DNA of 62,993 nucleotides, filler included, from Olpidium bornovanus S191 (Eukaryota; Fungi; Olpidiomycota): NCBI GenBank assembly GCA_017911155.1. It is 30 parts of 30 records of this genome, joined end to end, with 100 filler letters (N's around TTAATTAATTAA, not from the genome) between each part and the next. Parts side by side here need not be neighbours in the genome. Positions count along the whole stretch, not along the records: positions 1 to 5,404 come from JAEFCI010011755.1; positions 5,505 to 8,191 come from JAEFCI010013339.1; positions 8,292 to 9,882 come from JAEFCI010009021.1; positions 9,983 to 13,233 come from JAEFCI010012543.1; 26 more parts are not named here. One strand, 5' to 3'. Shown piece by piece: positions 1 to 11,773 of this stretch (position 1 is its first letter; each line of letters starts with the position of its first letter). The notes under the pieces were generated by a model. It saw only the letters and a program-made list of their open reading frames with translations, ran no database searches and was not told where the DNA came from. The position numbers and the translations under genes were made by a program.

Positions 1-290
1 CATGCTGCTCCAATCCTCTCTCCGCCAAAATCCTCCTTCTCTTCCTTCCGCCTCCCTCACAACAACCTGCTCCGATTTTCTCTCCTCCAGTATCTTCCTT
101 CCCTTCCTTCCCCCTCGCTCACGGCATCCAGCTCCGACCCTCTCTCCTTCGTCATCTTCCTTCCCCTCCTTCTTCCCTAGCTCACTGAATCCGGCTCTGA
201 CCGTCTCTCCTTCATCATACTCCTTCCCCTCCTTCTTCCCTAGCTCACGGCATCCTGCTCCCATCCTCTCTCCTCCATTGCCCTCCTCCT
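1..290. repeat. ~63-bp pyrimidine-rich minisatellite (about 5 degenerate copies) in a ValRS intron
   Basis: GCTCAC recurs at 117, 180 and 243 (period 63) with shared CTCTCTCCTTC...CCTTCCCCTCCTTCTTCCC; it lies downstream of the GTATGT donor at 357 on the minus strand. Confidence 0.75.
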
Positions 291-357
291 CGCGTTTTTC
301 CCCCCCCCCCCTCCCCATCCTCCCTGCCCCGCTATTACGCCTGTGAACGTTACATAC

Positions 358-1171
358 CATCGAACAAGGCAGTCCTGGATGGCAGTCGTCAACGCGTGAC
401 CGATGTGGAGGTGGCCAGTGACGTTGGGCGGCGGCATCGCGATGACGAAGGTGCCGCCGGGAAGAGGCTTCCCGTCTTCGGTCAGCTCGGGCTTGAAGTA
501 ATTCTGCTCCTCCCACCAGTCGTACCAGGCCGCCTCGACGGCAACCGGATTGTAAGACGGCGCCATTGGCTGCGACAGGTCCTTCTTCTCGCCTTTCGGC
601 GTCCTGTTGACGAAAACCTCCTCCGCGGAAGCCGCCTTACCCTTTTTCTTGTCATTGCCATGCTCGCCTTTGTTGGCCTCCTTCGCCTGCCCACAGCGCG
701 TTTACGAGGGGTGGATGAACGGCAGAGTGTGAGGAGTGGTATGGGAGGGAGTCTGGTCAGAGCGCGGGGAAAGCGTCTGACTTTCCGTCGCTGCCAAAAG
801 ACAACAAAAACCGAGCGTACCGCTTTCGCAGCGGCAAGGGCCGCCTGCTTCGCCGCAAACTTCTCCATCTTGGCCCTCTGCTTCTCTGCATTCTTGGCCG
901 CGTTCTTCCCCGCCACGGGCTCAAGCGGCTGCTCCTGCTGCCGTTGGCCGGCTCCTCCCGCGGTGTCCGCGCCCACCTCCGCTATCTTTGTTTTCTCCTT
1001 CGCCGCCGGTCCGCCCTCCACCTGCTCGTCGGTCACGCTCGCGAGCTCGAACTTGAAAGCTTTCAGGCGGGCGATCTCCACGTCCAGTTCCTCCTTCGGC
1101 GCCTTGGCCGCCTTCATCGCGCGGACCTTATCCCCTTGCACGGCTATCATCTTCCGGATGGAGTCGGCCAT
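358..1171 (-). CDS. VAS1: Valyl-tRNA synthetase, 5' part (exons 1171-821 and 686-358), with N-terminal WHEP-like domain
   Basis: The spliced product contains [31 protein letters not shown]...[24 protein letters not shown] (class I HIGH motif, ValRS type). GT-AG intron 820-687. Confidence 0.95.
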
Positions 1172-1438
1172 GGCTTTAAACGCGGGGCGAGCGAGCGCAC
1201 GCGTGGACTGCGGCCGGAGACGAGACGCCCGAGTTTCCGGAAACGTAGTTTTCGCTGGTTTGCCCTCCGTAATCCCAAAAGGCCTTTTTGGCCTCGGTCG
1301 GCGATTCTGACTTCGTTTGTGTTTTCCGAATTGGCTTGCAAAATTCGTTCTTCCGCCAGAGTCCCGTGTTTGAAAGTTCGCGCCGGGGGCGGATTTCCGG
1401 CCGACGGCGCTCGAAGAAATATTTCCCGGCGAGTTAGG

Positions 1439-1469
<31 letters not shown>

Positions 1470-1572
1470 CATTCCCTGCTGGCAACCCCCCCAAGGAGCC
1501 CGCCCAGGAGAACGAACTGACGCGCGGAAACGCCGGCACAGCGGGCCCTAGGGACTCTGCGCAGATAAAACC
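1172..1572. promoter_or_regulatory. Probable bidirectional promoter between ValRS and the MMTAG2-like gene
   Basis: Divergent ATGs at 1171 (-) and 1573 (+) are 401 bp apart, with a central poly(dA) tract at about 1439-1465. Confidence 0.6.
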
Positions 1573-3086
1573 ATGTTCCATCCGTCTAGGGGGGGCGTCC
1601 GAGGGGGTAAGGAAAAGTGGAGACAGGCGGAACACGGTCGTCCCCCGGATGCGGAGGGGACTGGGGGAACGGCGGGAACAAAAATCCGCCCTGCGCCGCA
1701 CCTTCGTTGCCTTGTGTGAGAGCTTTACATTCCGCCGTCCTGCCGCCTTTGCCACTACATTCAGGACAGGACCAGTTCTCGTGGGATAACGTGAAGGAGG
1801 ATAAATACAGAGAATGTTATCTCGGCCACTCGCTCAAGGCCCCAGTGGGCCGGTGGCAGAAAGGTAAGGCGCGAGCTCGGAAAACCGCGCCTTGCCGGCC
1901 TTCTTGTCGTGTCTGCGGCGGAAACTAATCAATTATGCCTCGGAAATCCCAGGGAAAGATCTGACGTGGTACGCGAAGAACAGAGACGAGGATGCGCTGA
2001 GCAGGTCGCGCGCCGAGCTGATAGCGATCAAGCAGGCCGAGGAGGACGCAATGGCCGAAGCTCTGTACGAATGTGGCCTTCTGCGCGGGAGCTCGCGCAG
2101 TCCCCGTTGGACCCAACGACTACCACTACCGCCGACCCCACCGCGGTCGTCCACGGTGCACCCTTCTCTGCAGCGACGCTGACCCCCAAATACGCGCCGT
2201 TTTAACCGTCAGAGGTCTTAAAAAGAGGACTGTCACCGAAAGTGACATATCCGCCCGGGAGCTGCGCTCGGTGCTGAAAAAGGAGCAAGATACTAACGAC
2301 GAAGACGCTGCGGAGGAAGCCGACGTCGCAAAGGGGTTGGGTTTTAAACAGTACGTCACCGTGTTGTTGTTGCTGCGCACGACGGGCGAACGACGGTTGC
2401 GATTTTGTTGAGAGCGAAATCAACAAAATAGATCTCAGCCAGCTCTCAACTCCACGGATCCGACGCCGTTCTTGAGTGCCGGGTTGACGAACGTCCCGAA
2501 TGGCCCGGTGATTGCTGCAGCGGACAATTCACCTGAGATTATGCCTGGGCTTTCCGTCGAGGAGATACTCAAACGGGAGAAGAAGGAGAAAAAGCTTTTA
2601 AAGAGAGCTGCAAAGGAAGCCGCGAAGGAGCAGAAGAGGATGAGAAAGGAAGCCAAAGCGAGGGAGAAGGAACGGGAGCGGGAAAGGGGTCGCGAGCTAG
2701 AACCGGAGCAGAGAATGGATCAGCACCGGTCTCCAAGACTGTCCGATTCACACTCAGACGGCCGTCAGAGACGCTATTGGGACCGCGAGCGAGTACGATA
2801 CGGCCGCGAAGAGGTGGAGCGAAATGGTTTAAGGCGAGGTACAAGTCGGAGCCACAGCCCCCGTCGGCGTTGGCCTTCGCGCGACCGAGATGCTCGAGGC
2901 CGGAGTCCAGAAACGCGGGCGCGCGTGTCACGGCCGAAACCGGACATCTGGAAGGATCGCGGCGACCGTGGTCGGGACACTCGGCTAGCCGGGCGCAGTC
3001 GGAGTCCTCCCTACAGCCGCCGCAGGCGCGACGACAACCGAGTAGATCGCACCAGGCCGCCATCCGCCTACTGCTCGCGGGAATAG
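1573..3086 (+). CDS. MMTAG2/C1orf35-like (kinase phosphorylation domain) protein, about 5 exons, Arg-rich tail
   Basis: Spliced [53 protein letters not shown] matches the family signature; GTAAGG/GTACG donors; stop at 3086. Confidence 0.9.
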
Positions 3087-3614
3087 GTCCTGTGAATTTT
3101 AAACAGATTGTTTTGTCGAATACAGACTGCCGTGCAGTTGTTCGCCGTGCGTTCCCGTTTTCCCCATCACCGCCCGCCGGGCGAAGTACAGGACAATGAG
3201 TTTGCAGGTGGGAGGGCTTTTTCTTGATAGCGGAGGTGTACGGGACCCTGCGGGGCACGCTGGGTGCACACTATTGGTAACACGTTGTTTGTCATATATC
3301 CGGGCCTGTGAACTTGCAGGCGGGAGTAGTTTTTCCCTTACGTACGGTATCCGGCGGGGTTTCCTGGAAGCTTGGTAACCCACGAAATTGTCTGTCCTAT
3401 CCCGTTGTTCAGTCCAAAGTTGTCGCGTGCTTCTGTGCGCATGCGCAGGCACATTATGAGATGGTGGCAGTAATGGAAACTGCTGAGCACGGCCCTGCGT
3501 GTTAGTTGTACTTTATGACACAGGGTGACATTTGCCGTGCTTCCGTCCTGTTCCCTTGTGGTTCCGTTGCGGAGCGCATTCAACCCATATCGAAGTGCCC
3601 TGACGCACCTAGAA

Positions 3615-3823
3615 ATGCGGACTGCTGCGGCATTCGCCGAAGTCCTGTATCAGCAGGCACTGGAATTCTACTATAACCGCCATGGAAACCCAGAAAATTT
3701 CATTCTAATGTAGGACGGAGCACCAGTCCATTGTAGCAATGCCCCGAAGCTCTAGCGTGAAGCAGCTGGGCTATGGAAGCTGGTTTGGCTGGCAACTTGC
3801 AGCATCTCAATCTGATAGAATGC
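3615..3823 (+). pseudogene. Decayed Tc1/mariner (DD34E) transposase fragment
   Basis: FILM*DGAPVHCS resembles the second Asp motif (xxQDNAPxH). After a frameshift, GNLQHLNLIEC resembles NSPDLNPIEN. D codon at 3714 and E codon at 3818 are 1 nt short of D34E spacing. Confidence 0.55.
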
Positions 3824-4134
3824 CGAAGACGCGCAAAGAAGAGGCCCAGAGCTGCAAGCAAAAAAGAGATAAGGCGGCGTGGAATGAGGTAGCAGAGGAC
3901 AACCTCCAAATGCTCGTCGAGGCATTGCGGATAGGATACAGGCTGTGATGGCGCCAAAAGGTGGAAATACCAGGCGGGAAATAAAAACTTTTTCTTTCTA
4001 CCTGAACACAGCGTAATGTACTGTACACTGAATCGGCACGGTTTTCCGACTGATTTTTTTTTTTCGATCATGCGTGTGGGTTTCATTTTGACGGCGAAAC
4101 ACGGAATCATCTTGTTCTCCTGGTAGGTCTCTTC

Positions 4135-4640
4135 GCCAGCCGATCACAAGACGATCACAAGACGATCACAAGCCGACTCGCCAACGCGGGGAAGGCACGC
4201 GACACAAAGAGGGCGTGGTCGATCGTCGCGGCCGCCGGTACGGCCGCCGATGAGAACATCGATGAGGCACCGATGAAGCCATCGATAAGGCCATCGATGA
4301 GGCAATCGACGAGACCGTCCACGAGCGTGTGGTCGCTCACGAGACCGTCCACGAGCGTGTGGTCGCTAGTGCGTCCACAGGTGCAGGAGCCTGGGACTAC
4401 CAAACCGCCGCCCAACCGCTGCAAGGCTACCCGGCCCCGCCGCAACCGCAAATTTACCCGGCCGCCCGCCATCCTACGACGTCAAGCCTCCGTGATACTT
4501 TTCTGAAAAAGAAAAGTGGGAGGGGTGTAGCAGAACGTGAGGCGCATCTGCTGAGCAACGCCCCAACTTGCCGCCCACTCTGTAGCAGAACATGCGGCAC
4601 GTCTGCTCAGCAACGCCCCAACTTGCCGCCCACTCCCCCA
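4135..4640. repeat. Cluster of short tandem duplications (11-bp CGATCACAAGA x3; 30-bp ACGAGACCGTCCACGAGCGTGTGGTCGCT x2; ~55-bp unit containing GCAACGCCCCAACTTGCCGCCCACTC x2)
   Basis: Direct repeats read at about 4141-4172, 4309-4367 and 4550-4640. Confidence 0.75.
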
Positions 4641-4775
4641 GCATGTGGGCCACCCCCCTAGGGCGCCAACCGGCCCCATGAGTGTGGGGACCCCTGTCAC
4701 AGTCCATGTCATGTCCTGGTCGTAGTACTACGACCAGGACATGACATGGACTGTGACAGGACAGGACATCGCGGT

Positions 4776-4895
4776 TAGACGCGTATAGACGCGTATAGAC
4801 GTGTATAGGCATGTATAGACATGTATGGTTCTGGATAGACGTGTATAGACATGTATAGACGCGTATGGTTCTAGATAGACGCATATAGATGTGTC
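4776..4895. repeat. 10-bp satellite TAGACGCGTA, 12 phased units
   Basis: Units start at 4776, 4786 ... 4886; a TGGTTCT(G/A)GA variant at 4826 and 4866 gives a 40-bp higher-order period. Confidence 0.9.
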
Positions 4896-5086
4896 AAATA
4901 GACAAGTTTAGATGTAGTGAATGAACACGTTTAGACGTGTATAGACATGAACCAGGACATCGCATTTAGACGCTGTAGACATGAACCAGGATATCGTAAC
5001 TTACATACACGTCAAGTGGGTCTCTCATCAATTATCGATAATATGTTCTTATCGATAATGTGTCAATTATCGATAAATGAAATGCG

Positions 5087-5340
5087 TATCACAAAATTGA
5101 ATATTGAATATTGAATATTGCGATTTTTACTTGGCTCAACTTCAAAATTTTTTTTCCAGAAAAGACTTTCTTTTGTAATTCTCTAGTTCACATTTTTGAA
5201 TATTCAATATTCATTTTTACAAAAATAGAGAAAATGTGTATAAAATCCCTCCAAAACCTGGTAAAACCTGATGTTTGACAAAAAAAAATGAATATTGGGT
5301 GAAATATTCATAAATATTCAAAATATTCAATTCTGTGATA
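5087..5340. mobile_element. AT-rich MITE-like element with 19-bp terminal inverted repeats
   Basis: TATCACAAAATTGAATATT (5087-5105) versus AATATTCAATTCTGTGATA (5322-5340), 18/19 complementary; outermost TA on both sides; internal AATATT repeats; no ORF. Confidence 0.6.
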
Positions 5341-7301
5341 TACTTGTGCATCACTGAATGTATCACTTATTGAAACATAGATAGAGGCAAGGAAGGGAAG
5401 GGGANNNNNNNNNNNNNNNNNNNNNNNNNNNNNNNNNNNNNNNNNNNNTTAATTAATTAANNNNNNNNNNNNNNNNNNNNNNNNNNNNNNNNNNNNNNNN
5501 NNNNCATGCATCAGCAAGGCGAGCAAAATCTGGCCCACTGACAACTGACAACACACGTATATACATTTTTTTTGCAATGAGTGGTAGGAGAGAAGGGAAA
5601 GAGTGCGTTTTGCAGACAGTACGGTTTGTATGCCACGAACGGGATTAGAGTCAACGCTCGAAGAAGGGCGGGATTGATTTATAACACATTGTCGTGCCAT
5701 CGGAGGCTCAAAAGGCACAGGCTGTCCCATGTGCGGTCGGATCTGCGCGCTCAATCCGACCATATCCCAGCGCAGTCAGACCATCTAATAGAGCCGTCCA
5801 CCACGACACTTCGCAGCAACGTGGGAAGTCGGAGGATAAACTGCACCCTTCATGCACATCAACGGAAAGAGCTATCGCCAACGACTTTGTGAACGCCTCA
5901 GTTGAGCTTCTCTGTCAGACGCATCAAAACAGCACGTGGAAAAGGCGCTCGTTCCCCACAATGACGCAGACCTCGGCAAGATGGACGATTATTCTACAAA
6001 AAATCGGGGTGAGAGGAGGGCGCGGGGGAAGGGGTGGCGAGGATGTCATACGAGTCCTCAAAGGGCGGTATACCGGAATGGCGAGTAAATGTCGTCGCGG
6101 AACAGGACGCGAGTTACGCCCTTAGTTGGACGCGATGTCCTTCGGAGCGGCGCCGACATTTCTATAAAGGCATCCATGGCCGCTGTACACCGGCAGGAGG
6201 GCTCTTCCGAGCAGGTATAGTAGGTATCACTCGGGCCAGTAGGAAAAAAACATTCCCTGAGAAAGCAGAGGCGAGGTTGTAAACATTTGGGATGCCCATC
6301 GAGCAGTCGGCGGTGGAGGGTGCGGCGGTGAGGGTGCGGCCGTGGAGAGTGCGGCCGTGCTGTCCGAAGGTGGTGGCGGGACTGTGTCGGGGAGGAGGCG
6401 AGAAGGGGTGACGAATCTTGAACCAACACTCGAGCAGCCGTTTGGCGGGCGGTTATTCGGCGGGGGTTGGTATGTTTCTGCAACGGGCACTTCGAGTGTG
6501 ACCGTGGGCGCCGCGAACGCCCCTTCCCCACCCCCGCCACAGAGGCGTGCGTTCGCAGCTTGGGCCGCGTTCGGCCGGAAGGGGTGCGGGCTGCAAGGCT
6601 CGTTGCCGGATCGCCGAGTTCGCCCTCTCCGTGTTTCCCTCCTCGTGCGGCGTTCTCTGTCGGAGGAGAGACATCGGGCATCGTCAGACACCGAAACGCA
6701 CAAAACATTCCCCCGTGAGGCTCGGACTGGAGCCCATGAGCACCGGAACCGGCACCGGAACCGGAACGGGGAGGGGATCCCGCGCCGCGAGGAGGCGGTC
6801 GGCGGAGGACATGCCGCCGTGCGGCACCGGGCAGAGGAAAAACGACGCGCCGTTCCTCTTCTCGAAGTCTGGCCTCAGTGGGTCCGGCTATGCTGGAGAA
6901 ACAATTCTGAGGGACAGGCACCAGCAGCCGCAACGTCCGCGCAAACCCATCCCAGAGAAAAAGGAGGAGCACGACGGCGTGGAGAAGGAGGAGCGGAAGG
7001 CAGCCGAGGGATACGAAACAGTTGCCAAGAGGTTTTCCACCGGCGCAAACGTGCCGGCAGAGACGCGATTTCCCGCGAAGGTAACACGTGTTGCCCGTTT
7101 TACCGTTGGCGGTCACCTTCCCTACCTTTCCGGGTTTTCCTTTGCCGAGAAACGCTGGTGATCCAGCTTAGCTTTTTCCATGTGCAAATTGCGACTTACT
7201 TGCGAAAGCGAACACGGCGAACTGTCGAATAAGGAAATGTTGGTTCCTGGCGACGACGTCCCGGCGCGTCGGTTCGGTACCTAAATCTCCGCACCCGTTC
7301 C

Positions 7302-8191
7302 TTGTTCGTCTTCGCCACGCAGCTCGGCCCTGTTCGGTCAACAAGCCGTCAGCGTGTAGAGACGCGTCCGGTTTTCGGCAGCGAGCACCTTGAAGGCGTT
7401 CGGCCGGCCACCGCCGTATCGCCGCATCTTACGAAGTCCTTCGCAGAAAACTTGCATTTCGCGCGGAGCGGGAGCGATGGCGCACAACGACGCTCGGCCC
7501 GGCCAGACGACGGAACGGAATCACTTGCGGGGCGGAAAAAAGAGGAGCGCGTGACGCGCGCCGCAACAAGCGGGAAGGAGAACCGTGAGCAACAGCAACG
7601 CCAGATCAGCGTGGATGTCACTGATGGCGCTTGCAAGCAGGCGGCGAAGCCCGCTGAACCGGCGGCTCGCACCACTTCCGTCAAATCGTACCACTTCGCC
7701 TCCGATCTGTTTCCGACACGTGACGCAGTTCGAAAACCGCGGTATGATACTGCGATCGAGCTTTATCCTAGGACGGAGACGCGTTGCTTTATCCCTAGGT
7801 TTTGAGAAGCTCATTTCCGTCTCTGCATTTTGAGAAAGGCCGATTTCCGATGAGTCTCCGGAAAGGGAGGTCGTGCGACGACTGTCGAGGAAGGCAATGG
7901 AACCGACAAAAAAAGCGCCGGAAAGCGCACTTCCCGCAACATACATTCAGCCGACGCAAGCCAGCGGCGGAGCCCGCCAGGAGGTTGTTGACGCGTCGTC
8001 CGATCAACCCCAATCTTCGTCCGATTCGTCTCGGTCTGCCGTGCAATCTGAACCCCGTTGGTCGCTGAAAGATTTTGAGCTAGGCAAACCGTTGGGCAAG
8101 GGCAAGTTTGGGCGGGTATACCTGGCGCGGGAGAAGAGGTCCGGATACATTGTTGCGCTCAAAGTGCTTTACAAAGAGGAACTTAGGCATG
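7302..8191 (+). CDS. IPL1: Aurora kinase, N-terminal part (truncated at contig end); upstream exon extent uncertain
   Basis: [43 protein letters not shown] is Aurora subdomains I-II; a possible KEN box (GKENR) lies in the upstream ORF 7302-7805. Confidence 0.88.
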
Positions 8192-8291
8192 NNNNNNNNN
8201 NNNNNNNNNNNNNNNNNNNNNNNNNNNNNNNNNNNTTAATTAATTAANNNNNNNNNNNNNNNNNNNNNNNNNNNNNNNNNNNNNNNNNNNN

Positions 8292-9218
8292 CATGGAATC
8301 TAGGCCGGGAAGGCGCGGGATTTACGCAGGACGCAGTTGTATATGTAGTTGGCGAGCGCTGCGTGAGCGTAGAGAGGTCCAGGTACGATGCCGCTCCCGC
8401 GGAAAGCCGGCCGTCGATTGCACTTTTTGAAGCCTGCCGCGTTCCCGGCAGGCGAGGTAGAGTTAAGGTCGGCACCTACGCTGCGCTTTCAAATTCATCA
8501 GTTGCGTCTCCCTGCTTATTCACAAAAACTCACCATGCACCTTGCTACCTGTAGCCCGGAACGGGCAAGCCGCGGGTGACTGCCAGAGTCGTCCACCAGG
8601 GATGCCCGCAATTGCTGCAAGGGTTGATTCACTTTCGCCGTATTCTTCTGGCGGTAGGTGATTTCCACGTTGTCGGAGGAAACGGACGAGGCCGTGATTT
8701 CGCCCACGGAGGTTGATCGGAAGGCATACGGCGAGCGTGGCAGGCCGGGCATGGGCTTTGCCGAGGATCCGCGAGTCGAAAGAGACGAGTATGTCCCGCC
8801 GGAAACGCCCGAGGCGACTGTCGTTGACCTGGAAACCGAAGATCTGCGGAGCAGTTAGTCTCTTGGAGCAGAATACGCCTGCAAGTCGCAGCAAATACGG
8901 GAACGCTGCGCAGCACCCCGATACTACCACGCACGCGCGACGCTCGGTTCCCCGCAGGACACGTTCGCGCTGCTGCGGGTGCTGGTGCTGGTGATGATAA
9001 TAATGCGGATGCTGGTGTTGCTGTGACTGCTGGTGCAGGTGCAGGTGCAGGTGCAGGTGCTGTTGTCTTGTCTTGACTATGGTGGAGGAGTCCAGCAACA
9101 GCGAGCTGCCGGTCGCGCTGGTCCTGTCCGAAGTGCCGCCGCCGCCGCCGCCGCCGCCGCCGCCCCCGGCAGATCCGCCCGCCGACGCCGGCGGACGACT
9201 CTTACCTGGGTCCAGCAT
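8292..9218 (-). CDS. Hypothetical Ser/His/Gln/Gly-rich protein, partial, probably 3 exons
   Basis: Open frames joined by plausible splice sites (ACTAAC branch + CCGCAG acceptor near 8850; CAG|GTAGCA donor near 8552); poly-Gly and HLHLHL tracts; no family recognised. Confidence 0.4.
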
Positions 9219-9982
9219 TTCGCCGATCGCCGCTCACGGCGAGGCCCGGCGCGGAAGCCGGTGCGGTGCGGCGCGCGGGGAAGTTCAGCGCGATCGCGCT
9301 GCTGCCGGCGTAATGGGGTGGGCCTCGCAGGTGTGTTGGTGTGAGGGTGCTGGCGGGAGGGGAGAAGAGGGGCCGGGGAGGGGCGCGCAGGCGCGAACCC
9401 CGCCAAACGCGAAGCTTCCGGAGACACGCTCCCTTCCGCGGCGGTCGTGGCCTTTCAGGATTCATCGAACGACCGTCGAACCGGAGGCGCGTTGGAACAA
9501 TCGCAAGGCGCGTCCCGTTCGTTCGTTTTCAGAGGCTCTCGCGTTGTTGCAGAGCCGCTCTGCCCCCACTCACGCCCTTGATCCGCGCCAATTGCTCTTG
9601 GCTGCGTCAAAGCGCTGGCACAGGTTCCAACTGAGTCGATGCAGGTTTGATAGGATATAATTTGATGTGTAAAATGTGCTTATATATTATAATTATAAAA
9701 GTAATGCGTACGTTGCCAAGGGCCAGGCCTTGGTTAACGAGTATATTGCCGATAGAGAACTTGACCTGGATGAACGCCACGACTGCCAACGGTACGATCA
9801 ACGGATGTGAGAGACGATCATACCGGCTTTCCTCCAGGGTCTCGCACCGACATTCCGTGATATGCAGAGAAACCGCTCATGCNNNNNNNNNNNNNNNNNN
9901 NNNNNNNNNNNNNNNNNNNNNNNNNNTTAATTAATTAANNNNNNNNNNNNNNNNNNNNNNNNNNNNNNNNNNNNNNNNNNNN

Positions 9983-10016
<34 letters not shown>

Positions 10017-10189
10017 AAGCGGATCGGGTTTCAGAATCCAACCAAAAAAAAAAATGTGCTCCGGTGGTACCGTGACATCAAAAGAAATAGGGTTACGGTT
10101 CACACGCCAACCGGCCTTTCTTGGCCTTATCGGAGGGGGAGAGGGGGGAGATTGGCAGACCAAAAACAGTTTCTGTTTTTCTTTTTTAC

Positions 10190-10980
10190 CTTCGCAGCGC
10201 AACCATACGGTCGTACGCGCGGTCCGCCTCCTGATCCTCCCTGGAAGGCCACGGGTCGACGGTCCGGTGCCTCCACCGCGAGACCCTCCCGCCGGGCCGC
10301 GGCCGCCGCGTCCGTCGATCGTCGGCGGCGCCCGCAGCGCTCCCCGACGAGGACGACGACGGCGGGGTTCCGGTCGCCCCCGCGGGCTGCCGCCCGTCGT
10401 CGTCCGCCGCGAAATCGTGGCGGACGCCGCGCCCCTCCACGTGCCGCATCGCGAAGCGGAATTCCGCGACGCACAGCGGGCACTTCCTGGAGAGCGCCGA
10501 CCATTGCAGGATGCATGCGAAGCAGAAGGGGTCTACAAAAAAAAAAAAAAAAAGAAAAAGGCGGGCGCGGTTCCGCACACGTCTTCAGCGTTTTCGAAAG
10601 GAAAAGAAAGTTTTCTTTTTTTCAATGCTTTCCCTCCCAAGCGTGGCGTCGGGGAAATGGTCGCTTACACGGGCAGCCGGCAGTGCTGTTAGTCCCGACT
10701 TACGAGAACACGGAAGATACGTGACGTCGGTGACCTCGTCGAGGCAGATCACGCAGAGGTGGCGAACCTCGCAGCCCTCCCCGTCTTCGCCGTAACGGTC
10801 TTCGGGGTCCGCCTCGTCGTGGTCGTCCCAGGGGCTGACGTCTCGGGGAGGCGACGTGCGGGCGGGGCGTTCGCCCTCCGCCTGCGCAGCCTCTCCTTTC
10901 GGGGTTTCCGCGGCGAGCGCGCCGCCCGCGTTGGCTTCTACGGCCCGTGCCGCCGCGACGCTCGCCGCCTCGGGGTCCAT
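10190..10980 (-). CDS. C3HC4 RING-finger E3 ligase (Topors/Psh1-like), 5' part (exons 10980-10704 and 10532-10190)
   Basis: Spliced CVICLDEVTDVTYLPCSHPFCFACILQWSALSRKCPLC; GTAAGT donor and poly-T/TAG acceptor. Confidence 0.9.
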
Positions 10981-11773
10981 GCGCGTGTCTTTCCGCGCCT
11001 GCGCTTTTCGGCGTCGCCTTCGGTCGGGCGGCAGACAGGGATTCACTCGGGAGCGGGGCGCGCTCGAGAGCAACGCGGGCGGAAAGCGCTGCGGCGAGAG
11101 CGCCAGACCGCAGCGCGCAGCGCGCGTGTGGGCGGCGGCGGTGGCGGGGGGGGGAATGTGGAAAACGAGGAAAAAGCCCCAAACCGACCCAACCCCGACC
11201 CAAACCACGGAGGGAAACACGCGCCCCCGCGCGCGCGCGCCGAACGCCGGAGCGACCCTGTGCCACGCAAAGCGCTCCTTCCCCTCCTTGGGTCCGTCGC
11301 CCACCCCACCCCTCAGGGGCGGCCCTGCGACTCCTGCAGCCGGAACAGCAACCCCTGGAGAAAACTAGAGAGGCCACACGCGCCGCAGGGAGATGAAGAA
11401 AAAGAGCGGATGACTGCTGAGGCAGAGCCGCAGTGCCAGCCAGTATGTTGTCCTCACAAAGACGCGCTGCTGCGAGAAAGCATCCGCGGGCGTCTTCCGT
11501 GGGGCGTGTGTTCATCGGAGTGAGAAACGATCACGACGCTGACGAGTATGTTGGTACTGCGGAAAAAAAAAAGATTGTGCGTGCCAAATAGTTGATGAGC
11601 ACTGGGTGGTCCGAGTATGCGACACAAATTCAACTCTTTGGTCGGTCGGGAAGCAGCGGACTGGAGGAAGCTCAGATGCTGATCACATTCAGACGGAATT
11701 CCCTTCAGGCGCTTCCTCCAATAACCTGGGCCTTTGAGTCTAAAGTCTTTTCCTGTCGACCACTACCCCGGCT

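Noticed and set aside
3187-4025. Possible Tc1 terminal inverted repeats TACAGGACAAT / AATGTACTGTA around the transposase remnant
   Set aside because: Only 9/11 identity over 11 bp, which is within chance.
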